From Hydrolagus affinis (Eukaryota), in assembly GCA_012026655.1 (NCBI GenBank), contig JAAILG010000797.1, positions 1-64,000 on the forward strand: a DNA stretch of 64,000 bases. Reading direction: 5' to 3'. The notes below the pieces were generated by a model. The model was not told the origin of the DNA and did no database searches. It saw only the letters and a list, made by a program, of their open reading frames with translations. How positions within the stretch are numbered: position 1 is the stretch's first letter; every line of letters starts with the position of its first letter. A program made the position numbers and the translations under genes. Of this stretch, positions 1 through 12,970 are shown piece after piece.

Positions 1-1094
1 AACTGCGCACAGCAGAGTTCCACAAACAGTCGTGGATCGACATTTAAAAATTATTTGATTTAAAGCCTAGGCTATAAGGTTATGGAGCTATAAATTATAA
101 TTTACAACCCAAGATCTAAGTTATGAGCTGTACTTAGAATTGAAAATAAATGTCTTACATGAACAACCTATAGCAACATGTTTACTTCCCCTGTAACAAT
201 TGAACATTTCCTTTATTAATTCCAGTTTTCAATAAGTGTGCAAAATAGACTGGTGCCTGGCGTCAGTCAGTGCTGTTTTAGCTGTTGTAAGAGCTGGAGT
301 TAATTATCATTTTCTGGAAATTCTTTAGAGAAGAAACATATTTAAAGCATGATGCTGATACATGATCTCTCTGTCATAATATGTGGCCTGAATAGACTCT
401 CTTATACCACCGGCTGCCCCTCAGGTAAATAGATGTACACAGTCCATTTGCTTGATATATCCGCTTTGTCTCCTCATTCCTCCGATTTCAATACAAATTT
501 CTGATATACAGACCCCAACAGATAGATGCAAAGGCTAACAGTGTGTGCAAGCTAGCAGATAAGAAGTTAATGAACAAGGAAAGATCCCCAGCTTATTTTG
601 CTGGCATCAGACGGTCTGGGAAAATGATTTGAAAGACATGTATTGCTTTATGTTCCCTTGGCTATTTGTGACAAAGAAACCTGTCAGTTTCAACTTGGGA
701 TGAATCATCCCTGTTGAATTTACTACAGCGAACAATTGATTCAATAAATGATTCATCATATTCGAAAAGGTTCCTAATCCTACCTTGGATTTAATAGATG
801 GGTTCCAGGGTTTAAAATCACATCCTCTTTGCTACTGGGGCCTCAACTCATCAAGGTCTTAGTCTGGAGACCGTTGCAGTAAAACTAAAGATGCCGTAAA
901 ATGTTGGATGATTTTTATTGGAAAATATTAATTTGGAAACTTGTTTCTGTGTTCACTTTATTTTTTGAGGGATGTGTGTCACATACTGCAATCCATCAAC
1001 ATGGATGCAAGCCTTCTAAGCTTCTTGAGACATCTAGAAGTCATGAAAAGCACTATATCAAATTCAAGGATTATTATTATTATTAAACCAAATC

Positions 1095-1303
1095 CAGTAA
1101 AAGCCCATTTATCCGACATCCAATCAACTGTAACTTCTGTATAACCGGCACATCAAAAAAACTCCACATTCGATTAACCGGAATTTATCCGGAAAAATAC
1201 ATTTTTAAAACTTTTTGGGGGGAGATTTCAGCCGAATACCCGGCATGTGCTTTAACCGGCATTGAGCAGGTCCCGAGGGTGCTGGATAAATGGGCTTTTA
1301 CAG
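1095..1303. mobile_element. pogo/Tigger-like (Tc1-mariner) MITE, short copy
   Basis: TIRs cagtaaaagcccatttatcc / ggataaatgggcttttacag, followed by TA; ends shared with the copies at 10518 and 43037. Confidence 0.75.
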
Positions 1304-2764
1304 TATATGTATGACAGTGACAATTTTCCTGAGTCTGGAATATGTACTCTCTCCCTGGAGGAACAGACCCTGCTTACTTAATTTCAGAGTATTAGGCACT
1401 GCTTGACGAGAGCCAAGGCTTCAAGGAACCCCAGAGTGTGCGTTGGGGGGTATTGCTAAAGATTAATTAGCTAAACCCAAGTCTCTTTCCAATGAGGGCA
1501 AGTGTTTTACTACTTGCCCAGCTAGAACAATACTAGCCATCAGGACTTTGACTTGAAACAAGCTGCATGGAAAGAATCTCTGCCCCAAATGGTTGGTTGA
1601 CTGGCACGCCAGGCTGGTTCAGCTGTGTTCAGCTCCAAGGAGACCTTGCCTATCTCTCCCCAAGGAGGATGGTATCCTTTGGCTAAATATACAGCAGTAT
1701 TGAAACTGGCATAAATTCAGCCCAAATTTGTAAACTGACAGCATGAATGAACTTTTACTGGAAGACAAATGAAATGCTGCATGCAATTTACTTGATTGTA
1801 AGTACAGCAATCAGTTGAACGCTCAATCAATTCATTAATACATGTACGACCGTAACTGGTGATAAGATGATTTTACCCTCAAGCCTCACTCATTTACCTC
1901 CGTTTCAAGAGCGTCCAATGCACACAATGGCCATAATCCGGAACATGTGTCAGTTCCTGCTAGATCTCCCTCATGCTTTCAGCCTCCTGAACTCATTATC
2001 CAGAGGCAAGTATTTCATTGATGCTTGTTGGCACAAACTTTCATTGTGGCAGTCCAGTCGGTCATTGCCTTAGAAGGTGAGAAGGTGATGTTGAGTCCAA
2101 TCTGATACTGTATACTTGCTGCATCCAATTACCTAATGAAGAAAGTGTGTTAGTCTGGCTCTTGCAGATGCTGTGTACTTACTTGAAGTTTGTTTGGGGA
2201 ATTTCCATGGGCCGATGCAAAAGATTACATTCTCGGGTTGGTAGACAACAATGATAGCAATCTGCAACACTGTGAAGATAATTACGTGAAGATAATTTGT
2301 GACCCCCACACCCCCACCCCACTTTGTAATGTCTTCAAAACATCCCAAAGCGCTTCACAGAATATACTGTAAAGTGGCTTGACTATGTATTTTGTGGGCG
2401 AAACGCGGCAGCCAATCGCACACACCAGTGTCCCGCAAACAGTGGTGGGTTGAAGTTAGTATTATTATGCTCCAATGCCCAGTGCAGTGGTCATAAGGGT
2501 GATGGTGGGTGGGGGAGGTTGTGGTGGGGTGAGAGTACTGCTTTGCTGGAGGTACCATCCTTCGGAGAAGACTTCAAACCAAAGTGCCTGTTCAGGAGGA
2601 AGTTACAATCCCTGTTGTAAAGGCATAGAGCCCAGGGAGGAACACATTATAACCTCATTCCTGGGCCTCGTGCACTTGGCTTCTGGGAGTACCAATTGAA
2701 CATTTTCACAGTGAATTACATCGCGGGTTAATCTGACGCGGCAATTTCTTTTCTGTTTCCACAG

Positions 2765-2836
2765 TCGTCTGTCGGGGAATCACCTGAAGCGGATTCCGAT
2801 GCACGCGTTTGCCGGGCTGTACAATCTGAAAGTCCT
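2765..2836 (+). CDS. LGR6: LGR6 exon 3 (LRR; RLSGNHLKRIPMHAFAGLYNLKVL)
   Basis: tttccacag acceptor, gtgagt donor, 72 nt, phase 2-2, LRR consensus. Confidence 0.93.
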
Positions 2837-3270
2837 GTGAGTATGAACAGAACAGTCCAAACTGTTAAATATAAAATTTATTTTAAAGAGGCAGAGGCCG
2901 CTCTCAGATGCTCTGATCGTGAGGCACAAACATGTTACTGTGCAAGCGTGCCGAACAAATGTTATTCTTAGAAAAACACACTTACAATTAAGATGTTATC
3001 ATGGAAAAGAAATCCTCTTTACAGCATATGCTACAAAGCGCTGTGAGACGTCTCAATGACGTGATGAGGCGCTTGATATATCAAATGCAACTAGAAGTAG
3101 TATTATTATATAGGCTTCCAGTTTATTGTGTTATTCATTTCTAGGTAATGAGTAACCTAGGTGTATGTTAAGAGTTCAGTGTTGGGCCAGAGCATTTTGT
3201 TGGGATGAGATTAACATTCAATAATCATACTTGGTTACGAACCTTCGCAAAATCCTTTGATGCCCACGTG

Positions 3271-3663
3271 GGCTCCTGTAGCTCAGTGGTTATAGCGCTC
3301 GCCTCATATGCAAGAGACCTGCGTTCGATTCCTGGACAGGGAGAAACCTTGAGCAAGTTTTTCCTTACTCCGCACGCCTCTGTTCACCGAGCAGTAAGTA
3401 GAAATCCACTTGTTAGTCAATGGGCAGATCGCTTTTCCAGGGGTAATAATTCCTAAAAAAAAATAAGAATAATAACAATAAATTGGTCACTCAATCCACA
3501 AATGTTTGTGGAACACTGCAGTGTGCAATTAGCTAGGGTATTTCGCCCACAAATTGTACAGTCAATTATATTGACTACATACAAGTATATATTGTAACAT
3601 GCATTGAGACATCTTGAAGACGCTATAGTTAAATGCAAGCATTATGATTATTGTGATTATTAT
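3271..3663 (+). mobile_element. tRNA-headed Deu-type SINE, full length
   Basis: A box tagctcagtgg, B box gttcgattcc, conserved body (gtgtgcaattagct...cccacaaat..tacagtca), (ATT)n-like tail. Confidence 0.8.
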
Positions 3664-4549
3664 GAGCAAGGAGCTGTAATTCTTTGAAAAGATGTGGTGA
3701 TATGTGCTCCCCATTCAGTTTTCTCCCCTTTCCTTTCCTGAAAGGCCCTTTTTTTGTGCTCGGGGCTGTCTCCAGAGGTACCGACATTCTCCAGTGAATC
3801 GTTCTTCGTGGCCATTCTTCATGTGATAATAGAGAAAGGCGTTGGAGATCTTTGCCTTTAGAAACGCGAGGGATGTATAAAAGAGACCAGATGTTACCAA
3901 GGGCGTTAGTGCTGTTTGCTTTTCACCTGTGGGACCTCTTGTGTTATTGTTTCCTGTCTGCTCTTTCTGGAGAAATTATTTGTTTCTTTTTCTGATTCCC
4001 GAGAGCACCCTCTTAACTGTCTGTTGGGAATGTAACGTATCCTGTTCTGTAAGACACTGATTGACAGAAAACTCAGCCTAATTGCTTACGACGGTTTCCA
4101 CGTATTGTATCAAGTTCGATTCTCCAAGGTATGAAAGAACCGGATATCTTTATGTCTCCAGCAACCAAAAATAACATTGTCTCACTTGCTGTCATTCATT
4201 TAGTACCTTCACAATGTAGCATTTTTACCACTGAACAGGCGCCATGTACAATGAGCCACACAAACGTATTTTAATGCATGTGTACAACCAAAGCACTTTT
4301 CACCGTTCCTAACACTGTATTTTTAATGTTATACGCCCAGCAAAGCTGAATGTGAGACCCTGTTTCAGTCCCCGAAACAATCAATACATCCCTGGGTAGA
4401 TCATGGAAATTCTGTAATGATTTGGCTTGTAATTGTTTATCTGTAATACTGTAATACAGTGGGCTCATTTTTTTAAATTATGAAATAAACATTATTTATA
4501 ATAGTAAATACTTCCTAGTGCTACTGACCTGGAATTATAATAAGATTAA

Positions 4550-5192
4550 TGACTCCTTGCAATTGCTATAGCTCCTTATCACGTCTTCTAGACCAGCGGT
4601 TCTCAACCAGGGGTACATGTACAAAATTACTTCCAGGAGGTACAGGTGGCAGTACATTGATTTATTTCACTCTTTTAATTAGTGTTTTATAGCCTTCCAA
4701 ATTGTATATTCAGTTGTTATTCCCCTCGTTTTGTATGCGCTAGTTATTTTATTATATAAGTAAAGCTTGGTCGTAAAATGCAAGTGGAATGAGGGGGGTG
4801 GTGAGTCTGTGTGTATGTGGTTGGGTGGGGGTACATGATAATGTTGAAAATTAACAAGAGGTACATCACTGAAAAAGGTTGAGAACCACTCAAAGAGCTT
4901 TACAGAATTACCTGTGCATTTTGTGAGTGAAACGTGGCAGCCAATTGCACACAGCAGTGCTCCACAAACAGTCATGAATTGATTGACCAAATTATCATTG
5001 TTTGTTATTAAGGGATTATCACCTTGGAAAAGCAATCTGCCAATCGACTAACAACTGGATTACTGCCTACTGTCAGGTAAACAGAGGCGTGTGGAGTAGG
5101 GAAACTTGCCCAACATTTTCCTCCACCAGGAATTGAATCCAGGTCCTCTCGCTTGCGAGGAAAGTGTTCTAGCCACCAACCTACAGGAAACC
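4550..5192 (-). mobile_element. tRNA-headed SINE, interrupted by a hAT MITE
   Basis: Reverse complement of the same SINE family; tail at left, tRNA head at right. Confidence 0.75.
4594..4890. mobile_element. hAT (Charlie/Buster-like) MITE
   Basis: TIR cagcggttctcaacc / ggttgagaaccact; left flank ttctagac fits the NTCTAGAN target preference; right TSD lost. Confidence 0.7.
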
Positions 5193-5204
5193 AAAAACAA
5201 TAAT

Positions 5205-5481
5205 TAATAATAATAATCCTTGGTATCTGATCTAGCCGACATCGCATCTCCTAGATGTCTCATTGACAAGTGAATTGACTATATATTTGTGGGCAAAACA
5301 CGGCATCCAATTGTGCTCAGCAGTGGCCTACAAACAGTCGTGGATTGAAATGACCAATTTTATTATACTTTTTTTGGGGACGGATTATTATCAGACATGT
5401 GGAGTAAGGAAACTTGCCCATTCAAAACACAGGTCTCACGCTTGTAAAACGAGTGCTCTAACCACTGAGCAACATGACTCC
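5205..5481 (-). mobile_element. tRNA-headed SINE, internally deleted
   Basis: (TAA)n tail, family body, head ctaaccactgagc. Confidence 0.7.
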
Positions 5482-7337
5482 ATAATCCACTGGCCCTTGT
5501 ACAACAACAACAACTTTGATTTATGTATTACTCCCACTCCCTCCCCTCCTTTCCTCTCCCCAACTGGTCTCAATTTAATATCTCACCCGATAGATCGAGC
5601 ACAAAACAACCTGCCTTATTTCACACTTTGAAATTGAGTAGCAGCAAAGAAAAGGCAGTGAAACGCCATTCATCCAATGCACTGAAGCCACTTTGTGTGT
5701 AAGTTGCGACAGATAGGTGTGAGACTTCTCACTTTCCACAAAGCACAAATGTCTGAGTCAGAATCTCAGTCAATTCGAAAAATGTAGCCAGCTTTATGAG
5801 CAAAATTTCACCTAGGACTGAACTTATTCTGTTACTCTAGAATTTAGCAGAGCCTTACAAACAGCCTTGGAAGTCAGTTTTCTGTTGGTATGTTTTAAGA
5901 ACTACGGAATTCAACTTCAAATTTGCGACTGAATTCAGCCAAATCGTGGACGCTCGAAAATTATAGATGACTAGAGTAAATGTTGGCCTAGCTGGGATTT
6001 CTCTGCCATTTGCAGTCATGCACAGAAGATATTTGATCACTCAATCCACGACTGTTCCGTGTGCCATGTTTCACCCACAAAATATAATGAATCTGCTTTG
6101 CAGTATATTCTGTAAAGTGCTCAATGACGTGATAAGGCTCTATATCGAATGCAAGGATTATTATTCTTCAGTAATTCTATTATTTTTCCTGTAAAGTGCA
6201 CTGTTTTACGATTTAAGAATTGTGCAAAATTCAGCCTTAATTTGGAAGCGCTGTGCTTTTCCTGTGCAGTTCTTAAAAAAGAACAGGGTTTCACGTTAAA
6301 GGAAGAGTTTAGGAATTCCCAACAGTACGGTATGATGTTAAAATTTAAGGACAGGATCGGCTTAACAAGGCAAAGACTTAGTTCGAACCTCTGGAGTCCA
6401 GACAGTACTGCAGACACCACTACATCCACAACTCTGGCAAATACAAGTCCAATTGTTTGACAAGTACCTTTGATGTTGCGAAGAATTGATAGCTTGTTGG
6501 CAGTCTTGACCCAGTGTGTTTTTCTTTAACAAAAACCTGCGCTAATTTAATAGCTTAGGACGCTATTAAAGCAAATTGTGAATTATGAAGCTTCTTTCCA
6601 TTGTCAGATCTTTACTCCCATTCAAAAGGATTTGGGCCATGTCCTCTTAAGGGGTGACGTAATGTGAATTCTGAGTGGGTTAATTGACGGTGCGTTTCCG
6701 AATCGTGGCTTCTGTTTAGTTAATTATCCTGGCAGGCGAGGTAGAAATATGACCTGCAGCAAAGTTTTGTTTCTTTTAACCTCGTCTTTGGTTTTAAAAT
6801 TCCTCAGCTTCCAAATAATTCATGAAAATGCCCATTGTGTACAGCCAGCAATGTGTTTTCCTTGTGCCATTATTCTTGGATGCCAGCCATCTGAGTTAAG
6901 GCAGTTCGAGTGTGTCTAGGGTCAGCACTGTGTTCCAGAAAGAGATTGACTGGGAAACATAGAGGGGATTACATTGGTAGGACAAGTCATTGCAGGTATA
7001 CCATCCATCTAAAAGCAAAGTAATCAGCGGGTGATTTTAACAGAGTTCAAAGAGTTCTACAATCTGATTTGGCTGGAGATCTATAGTGGCTGAGTAGCAT
7101 CACAGTCCAATCTGCCTTTGATGATGTTCATCAATTTCAGTCCCTTAAATTCTTCTAATTCTGTCAGTGCGCAATGCGGTGAAAAGTAGCTGGTGGGGAA
7201 ATCTGCTGTTCTGGTGGGTGGTTGAGGCTCACGGGCTGAAGACAACAAATTATCTTCCCCTCGTGGAAAAACGCAATTTAATGTCTTAATAATAATCCTT
7301 GTATTTGATCTGCCCACTTTATAATAGTAATCACACT

Positions 7338-7605
7338 AATAATAATCCTTGAATTTGATATAGCGCTTTTCACATCTTCTAGACTGTGAATTGACTGTAT
7401 ATTTGTGGGTGAAACGCGGCAGCCAATTGTGCACAGCAGTGTCCCACAAACAGTTGTGGATTGAAATGACCATATTTTAAATTATTGTTTTTTTGGAGGG
7501 ATTGTTATCAGGCATGTGGAGTAGCAAAACTTGCCCACGGTCTCTCCCTGCCTAGAATCGAACCCGGATCTCTCGCTGCAAGGCGAGTGCTCTAACCACT
7601 GAGCT
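7338..7605 (-). mobile_element. tRNA-headed SINE
   Basis: Family tail, body and head in reverse orientation. Confidence 0.75.
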
Positions 7606-8357
7606 AAACTTATCACTTCACAGTAGTTCCTGTCAAGTATAGTGACTGTGTCGTAATAGGCAAACACAGCAGCCAGTTTGCACACAGTACCACACATGGT
7701 CAGGATGTGAAATACTAAGATGGGTTACTGTTTAATACAGCACTTGGCATCCACAGAAACTCTCTTAACAATGTTAATTTACTATATCGTTAAATGCTTC
7801 TACAATAACATCCAACAGTACATTGTAGGATTATGTAATGACACCTCAATGTCCCGTAAAAGACTATTGTACATCTCCAGATTGCTTGGGTGCCTGCAAT
7901 TCATTCAAAGTTTAATGCTAAAGTTTAATGTTGGAAAGGGTTAACTTGGAATAAAACAAGCCACTGTGTGCATGTGTGTGTGTGGGGGGGTAGGGGAGGG
8001 GTGGGGGGGGTGGAGGCGAGGGAGCTATAAATATGCATTGAAACAAAAGAAAGAGGGTGAAAGAATGAATGGAGCGGGAAACAGCTGTCAGATAATGAAA
8101 TCTAGAGCCTTGCAAGCTCTTTGATCATAAGACCTTTAAAAATCTGGTCAGAGAATAAAAGCTTTACTTTAATCTCCTTTCTATGCACCAACAGATTTAG
8201 TTACTGTACATCGGCCATTAGCAGAGAGTGACTTTACAGACTCAAATGATAACTGATAAGACCAAAGCCCTCATAAGAAAAGCAATTACAAAAAATATTT
8301 AACTCGAAGAGATCAAAATTGGTCCAGCAAATTTAAATATGTTTCAGTATCCCACAG

Positions 8358-8947
8358 GGAGTTCTGTAGCTCAGCGGTTAGAGCACTCGCCTTACAAGCG
8401 TGAGACCTGTGTTCGAATCCAGGCAGATCAGGGCGAAACCTGGGCAAGTTTCCTTACTCCACACGCCTAATAATAATCTGTCCAAAAAACCCGCGATAAT
8501 AAAATTGGTTATTTCAATCCACAACTGTTTGGGACACGGCTGTACAGGATATTCTGTGAAGTGCTTTGAGACGTTGATAAAATGTGAAAAGCACTACATC
8601 AAATGCAAGGATTATTACTATTATTATAAGCGAGAAGACCTGGGTTCAATCCCTAGGCGGGTGAAACATTAAGCAACTTTCCCTATTCCACATGCCTTGT
8701 TTACTTAGCATTAAGTAGGTACCCAGTTGTTCGTCGATTGGTAATAATCCCTCAAATAAATAAGTAATCTGGTCACTCAATCCACGACTGTTTGTGGGAC
8801 ATTGCAGTACGCAATTGGCTGCAGTGTTACACCCACAAAATTCACAGTCATTCCACGTTACATTATATTCTGTGAAGCGCTTTGAGGTGTTTGCAATGGC
8901 GTGATAAGGTACCACATCAAATGCAAGGATTATAATAATTATTATTA
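8358..8947 (+). mobile_element. Two tandem tRNA-headed SINE copies (about 8358-8627 and 8628-8947)
   Basis: First copy has intact A box (tagctcagcgg) and B box (gttcgaatcc); second is 5'-truncated; both end caaatgcaaggatta(tta)n. Confidence 0.8.
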
Positions 8948-9665
8948 CCAGTTAAAAATGTCACAATATTCTGGTATGATTTCAATAATTTTAATCATTT
9001 ACATTTATGTATGGCCTTTCACATTGAGTGGATGTCCCAAGGTCCAAGACAGTTTGAGGAGGTCACAGAGGTAGAGTGACAGAAGTGGATGAGGTGAACA
9101 CCCACAAAAGAGGTGAAAGGGATCAGGCACCGGCATTGAAATTCATCCTGTGTCTTTGATTTGCAGCAGCTCTGTAATTATTTTTGGAGTTGAAAGAAAA
9201 AAATGTATTGATATGTTGTAACCTTTCAAATTTGATTTGTCTTCTTTCACACCATAATTATGCTTTACTATGGGCCACACAAGATGACAGGTTGAAGATT
9301 AACAACAGCAAAATATAACTTAACTGACATCAAAATCATCTGCTCATAACCCATGCTTCCTGATTTAGAGACAGCGATCTGATTAGGGATTTACCTGGAA
9401 TCCCAATTCCTTGCTCTTTCTCCACAGGCACTTATCTAAGGTGTACAACTCATCTATGGTATTTTCACCTGCAAATATACAGTCAATTCAATTTACAGTA
9501 TATTCTGTGAAAGGCTTTGATACAACTAGAAGACGTGAAAAGCCATGTGTTAATGCATGGATTATTATTATTAATAAAACGTATCTATTGACTAATTTCT
9601 TATAGATCTCTTATTAGAAAAAAAACTGATTGCCTGGATAATTTCAATAGAAGCAATTTGAGCAA

Positions 9666-9985
9666 ATAATAATAATCCTTGCATTTGATATAGGGCTTTA
9701 TCATGTTGTTTTCAACGTCTCAAAGTGCTTCACAGAATATACTGTAAATGGATTTGACAGTGTATTTTGTGGACAAATCGTGACAGACAATTGCTCACAG
9801 TAATGTCCCACAAACAATCTTAGATTGATAGACCAAATTAGTTTCGGAAGAGATTATAACATCCTTCACGCCGATCGACTAACAAACCGGGTTCCTACTT
9901 ACTGCTGGGTAAACAGAGGGGTGTGGAGTATGGAAATAGTCTAGGTTTTTGCCCCTTCCGGGAACCGAACGACCGGTCTTATCAC
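9666..9985 (-). mobile_element. tRNA-headed SINE just upstream of exon 4
   Basis: Family tail and body on the minus strand. Confidence 0.7.
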
Positions 9986-10037
9986 CTGTGAGTGAAGCAC
10001 TGCATAGCTAAGTCACATTTATCTTTCTCCCCAATAG

Positions 10038-10109
10038 GATGCTGCAGAACAACCAACTGAAGAGACTCCCGAGTGAAACATTATGGGATCTTCCCAATCT
10101 TCAGTCACT
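10038..10109 (+). CDS. LGR6: LGR6 exon 4 (MLQNNQLKRLPSETLWDLPNLQSL)
   Basis: ctccccaatag acceptor, gtaagt donor, 72 nt, in frame. Confidence 0.94.
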
Positions 10110-10517
10110 GTAAGTTTTTTTAACTGCAGCCCAGGAGTGGGGAGGCAATGATAATTAAACAAATTGCAGCTGACAGAAATCACTATTTTTTAAAAATAAA
10201 GGCTTCAGATGTAAAATGCAACTCTCGTAACCATCAACGTGAGGAAGACAATTCAAGCAAGAGGTTATTACAGTGTATAAAGAAGTGCAAAATGTCTTCA
10301 ATTCGAGAGCAATTTAACTTTTCCTTTATCTTTAACTTGTCCCTTTCCCTCCCAACGTGAAAGGCGCGCTCTATAAATGTTATTTTGTTGTGGTTGTAAT
10401 TGACCTAGGTGTCAAAAATGCATCTGTTTCAGCAACCAATATTTTTTCTACACTTATCCTATCACCTCTCAACATTTTCTTGTGTCATTTCTATATTGTT
10501 CTGTGCCCTTTGTACTA

Positions 10518-11273
10518 CAGTAGAAGCCCGTTTATCCGTGACCCGTTCAACCATAACTTCCGTATAACCGGCACCGCAAAAAAAAGGTCCGCATTCGATA
10601 AACCGGAATTTATCCAGAAAAATGCATTTTTTTGGTGTTTTGTGTTGCGTCAGTATTTTGGAATGCTGCTACTAGGTGCCTGATGGTGGTGCTCGCTCAG
10701 AATGCTGCCGGTACTGTAAAGTAATGCATTCTCCGGAGTGTACTCTTTGAGAGAGGCAGAGGGTGAGTTGATTAATTTACATTTAATTTAGCCACAAAAC
10801 AGCAAAACACACACCCACCCAGAGCAAAGCTTGCAGATCAATTCATTGGCTTTTTTAATAAAAAAAAGACTCATCCCTGCAATACTCGTTTGCATCGCAA
10901 GGCTTTTTGGAAAGTAAGTTAACTGAACTGGGCGGCTGCCGCTCACTCTCTGCTTTCTCAATAACACGAGCTTTCCTCTCTTCTGCCCCCAATGAGAACA
11001 GTGTCATTCGGACGTGTAACTTTTGCACTAGTTTAAAGATCTCTCTGAACTGCCTGGTCGCTGTGTGTAAAAGGATTATTATAATTATTTGTATATTATA
11101 TTATATTGTATAAATGATTATTTAGTCTATTGTTAATATTTCATTTTAAAAAAAATTAGTGTTGGGTTTTCTGCCGCATATCCGGCAGGCGCTTTAACCG
11201 GCACTGGCCACTCAACAGGAGTTGAGTGGATCGTTCCCTTCCCCCAGTGACTGGGTGCCGGATAAACGGGCTT
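10518..11273. mobile_element. pogo/Tigger-like MITE, long copy
   Basis: TA + cagtagaagcccgtttatccg left TIR; right TIR cggataaacgggctt is truncated. Confidence 0.75.
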
Positions 11274-11489
11274 GTGTTACAGAATATGGTATAACATGCT
11301 TCTGTATGGTGTTAATTAAGTTATAACTCAGTTGCGGTGTCGATTCCATTCATTGTGCATTCTGCCAATCGGCCCACTTCGCTTCCCAACAGCCAACTTT
11401 CACTGTAAAATGGACAAGTTCTGGGACATTGAGATCTGGGTGGGGAACTGGGAGCAAGCATCTGGTCGCATACATACTCAGCGAAGACT

Positions 11490-11862
11490 TTTTTTGGGGT
11501 CAACTAGGTGTCTTGATACATGAAGAACCCCCATCGCCATACTTAAGAATATCTAAACCAAACTGATATTTCCAGGCATCCCACCTACACACGGAGATAC
11601 CAGAGATCGATTGTTGGAATGGAATGTGCACACAAAGTACACAATACTTCCACAAAGTATTTGCCGCAGATTGTACTTTGGGGTAACTGCTGGAGTCTAA
11701 CCAGCCAAAACCACACAGCTTGACATTGATCACACTGAATAGCAAGCTTTCCTGCTGCTTGTCCAGCTAGAACCACCCGATCCATTAGGGCTTTGGCTTG
11801 CAGGGTTAACAGGAGTTGAGTGGATCATTCCCTTCCCCCAGTGACTGGTCTGCCCTTCCAAG
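11490..11862 (-). repeat. Unclassified interspersed repeat (other copies about 23895-23991 + and 24618-24925 +)
   Basis: Shared motifs ctagctggacaagcag, ttccaacaatc.atctctgg.at.tcc.tgtg.aggtgggatgc.tggaa, gccaaagccctaa. Confidence 0.65.
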
Positions 11863-12084
11863 TCCTATGATGTGCCAGCTGGCTGGAAAGATAGTTACTT
11901 TGCCTTGCTGTCGAGCGGGTTGTGATTTTACTGGTCCCAAAAAACTGTTATAATGAGGCTTAGTGTTATTATACTGTTGCAACACTCACTCAATTGCAGG
12001 GGAAAACAATCCTGTGCTATTAATAGAGTACATAATTTGCAGAGCAGCTACACTATTATGGGTGAGTAACGATGAGATATTTTT

Positions 12085-12655
12085 ACAACAACAAAATTGC
12101 TTTTGCGTAGCATTTTTCACATTGAGAGGACCTCCTAAAGCATTGAACAATTAGTGTTTGGGATCTGAGCTGAGCGTCGGGATTGGGGTGGGTGAAGGGC
12201 AGTGGGGGGGGTGTGGGTGACCTAACACACAGGAGACAAAGAAGAGGGTCTTGAGACAGGTGAAGGAGGCAAGGGAGGGGGCGGGACGGAGGGGCTGCGG
12301 AATGGAATCCCAGAGTATGGGAGCAGAGTGGCTGAAGTCTGACTTGCCAATGGTGGGGCAGGCGAGGCGGGGGACCTGAAGCAGGCTGGGCAGAGGGAGC
12401 ATGCAGTTTGGTAGGGAGTGGGGAGGTCTCAGAGATAGCGGGGAGCAAGGCAATGGAGATCATTGAAGGTGAGGACCAGGATGTTGGGAAACCAGTGGAA
12501 TCTAGCGAGGTTGGGAGTGATAGGGTCGCGAAGCCTGATGCGGGAGAGGACAGCCTGTGGAGGGAGGGAGGAGATTGGGTGGCTGACAAGCAGGGCATTT
12601 GCGTAGTCGAACCTGGATGTTATGAATGCAGCAAATTAAACATGAGACTATTTTG
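12085..12655 (-). mobile_element. L2-clade LINE 3' fragment (end of ORF2 plus 3' UTR)
   Basis: Minus-strand remnant ...FSHSAPILWDSIPQPLR...LKTLFF typical of the L2 ORF2 C-terminus; tail ends in (TTG)n. Confidence 0.8.
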
Positions 12656-12970
12656 ATCATCATACAAGAGAATGCTTTGCAAGTAACAGTGGACTGTCTG
12701 TACAGTAACAGAAAAACAGGCTGGCATTCACATGCTCAATAAACAAACATTGCCTCTGTTTCCCTTGATAGCATTCAAGGCCTTTGCTTCTTAAATCAGA
12801 TTAGAATGAAAGTAAAAAGTAGGCTGTAGATAACAACGGCCACATCAAGCACTCGACGACAGTAAATGCTGTGTCTTCACTCCTTACGTGTAAATTAAAT
12901 TATTGGCCACTTGCTGCACTGTTTAAGAATCAGAGCAAGAATTCAGGCATTCAGTATCTTGTGCGTTCGT

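Noticed and set aside
159-173. ATGAACAACCTA resembling the MNNL of LGR exon 2
   Set aside because: Followed at once by TAG, with no acceptor or LRR context; exon 2 lies upstream of the window.
8358-8430. tRNA-like sequences with A/B boxes (also 3271, 22420, 42757, 62442)
   Set aside because: No proper acceptor stem, and each continues into a shared SINE body and tail; these are SINE heads, not tRNA genes.
12083-12598. 171-aa Pro/Ser-rich ORF
   Set aside because: Off-frame reading of a C-rich decayed L2 3' end.
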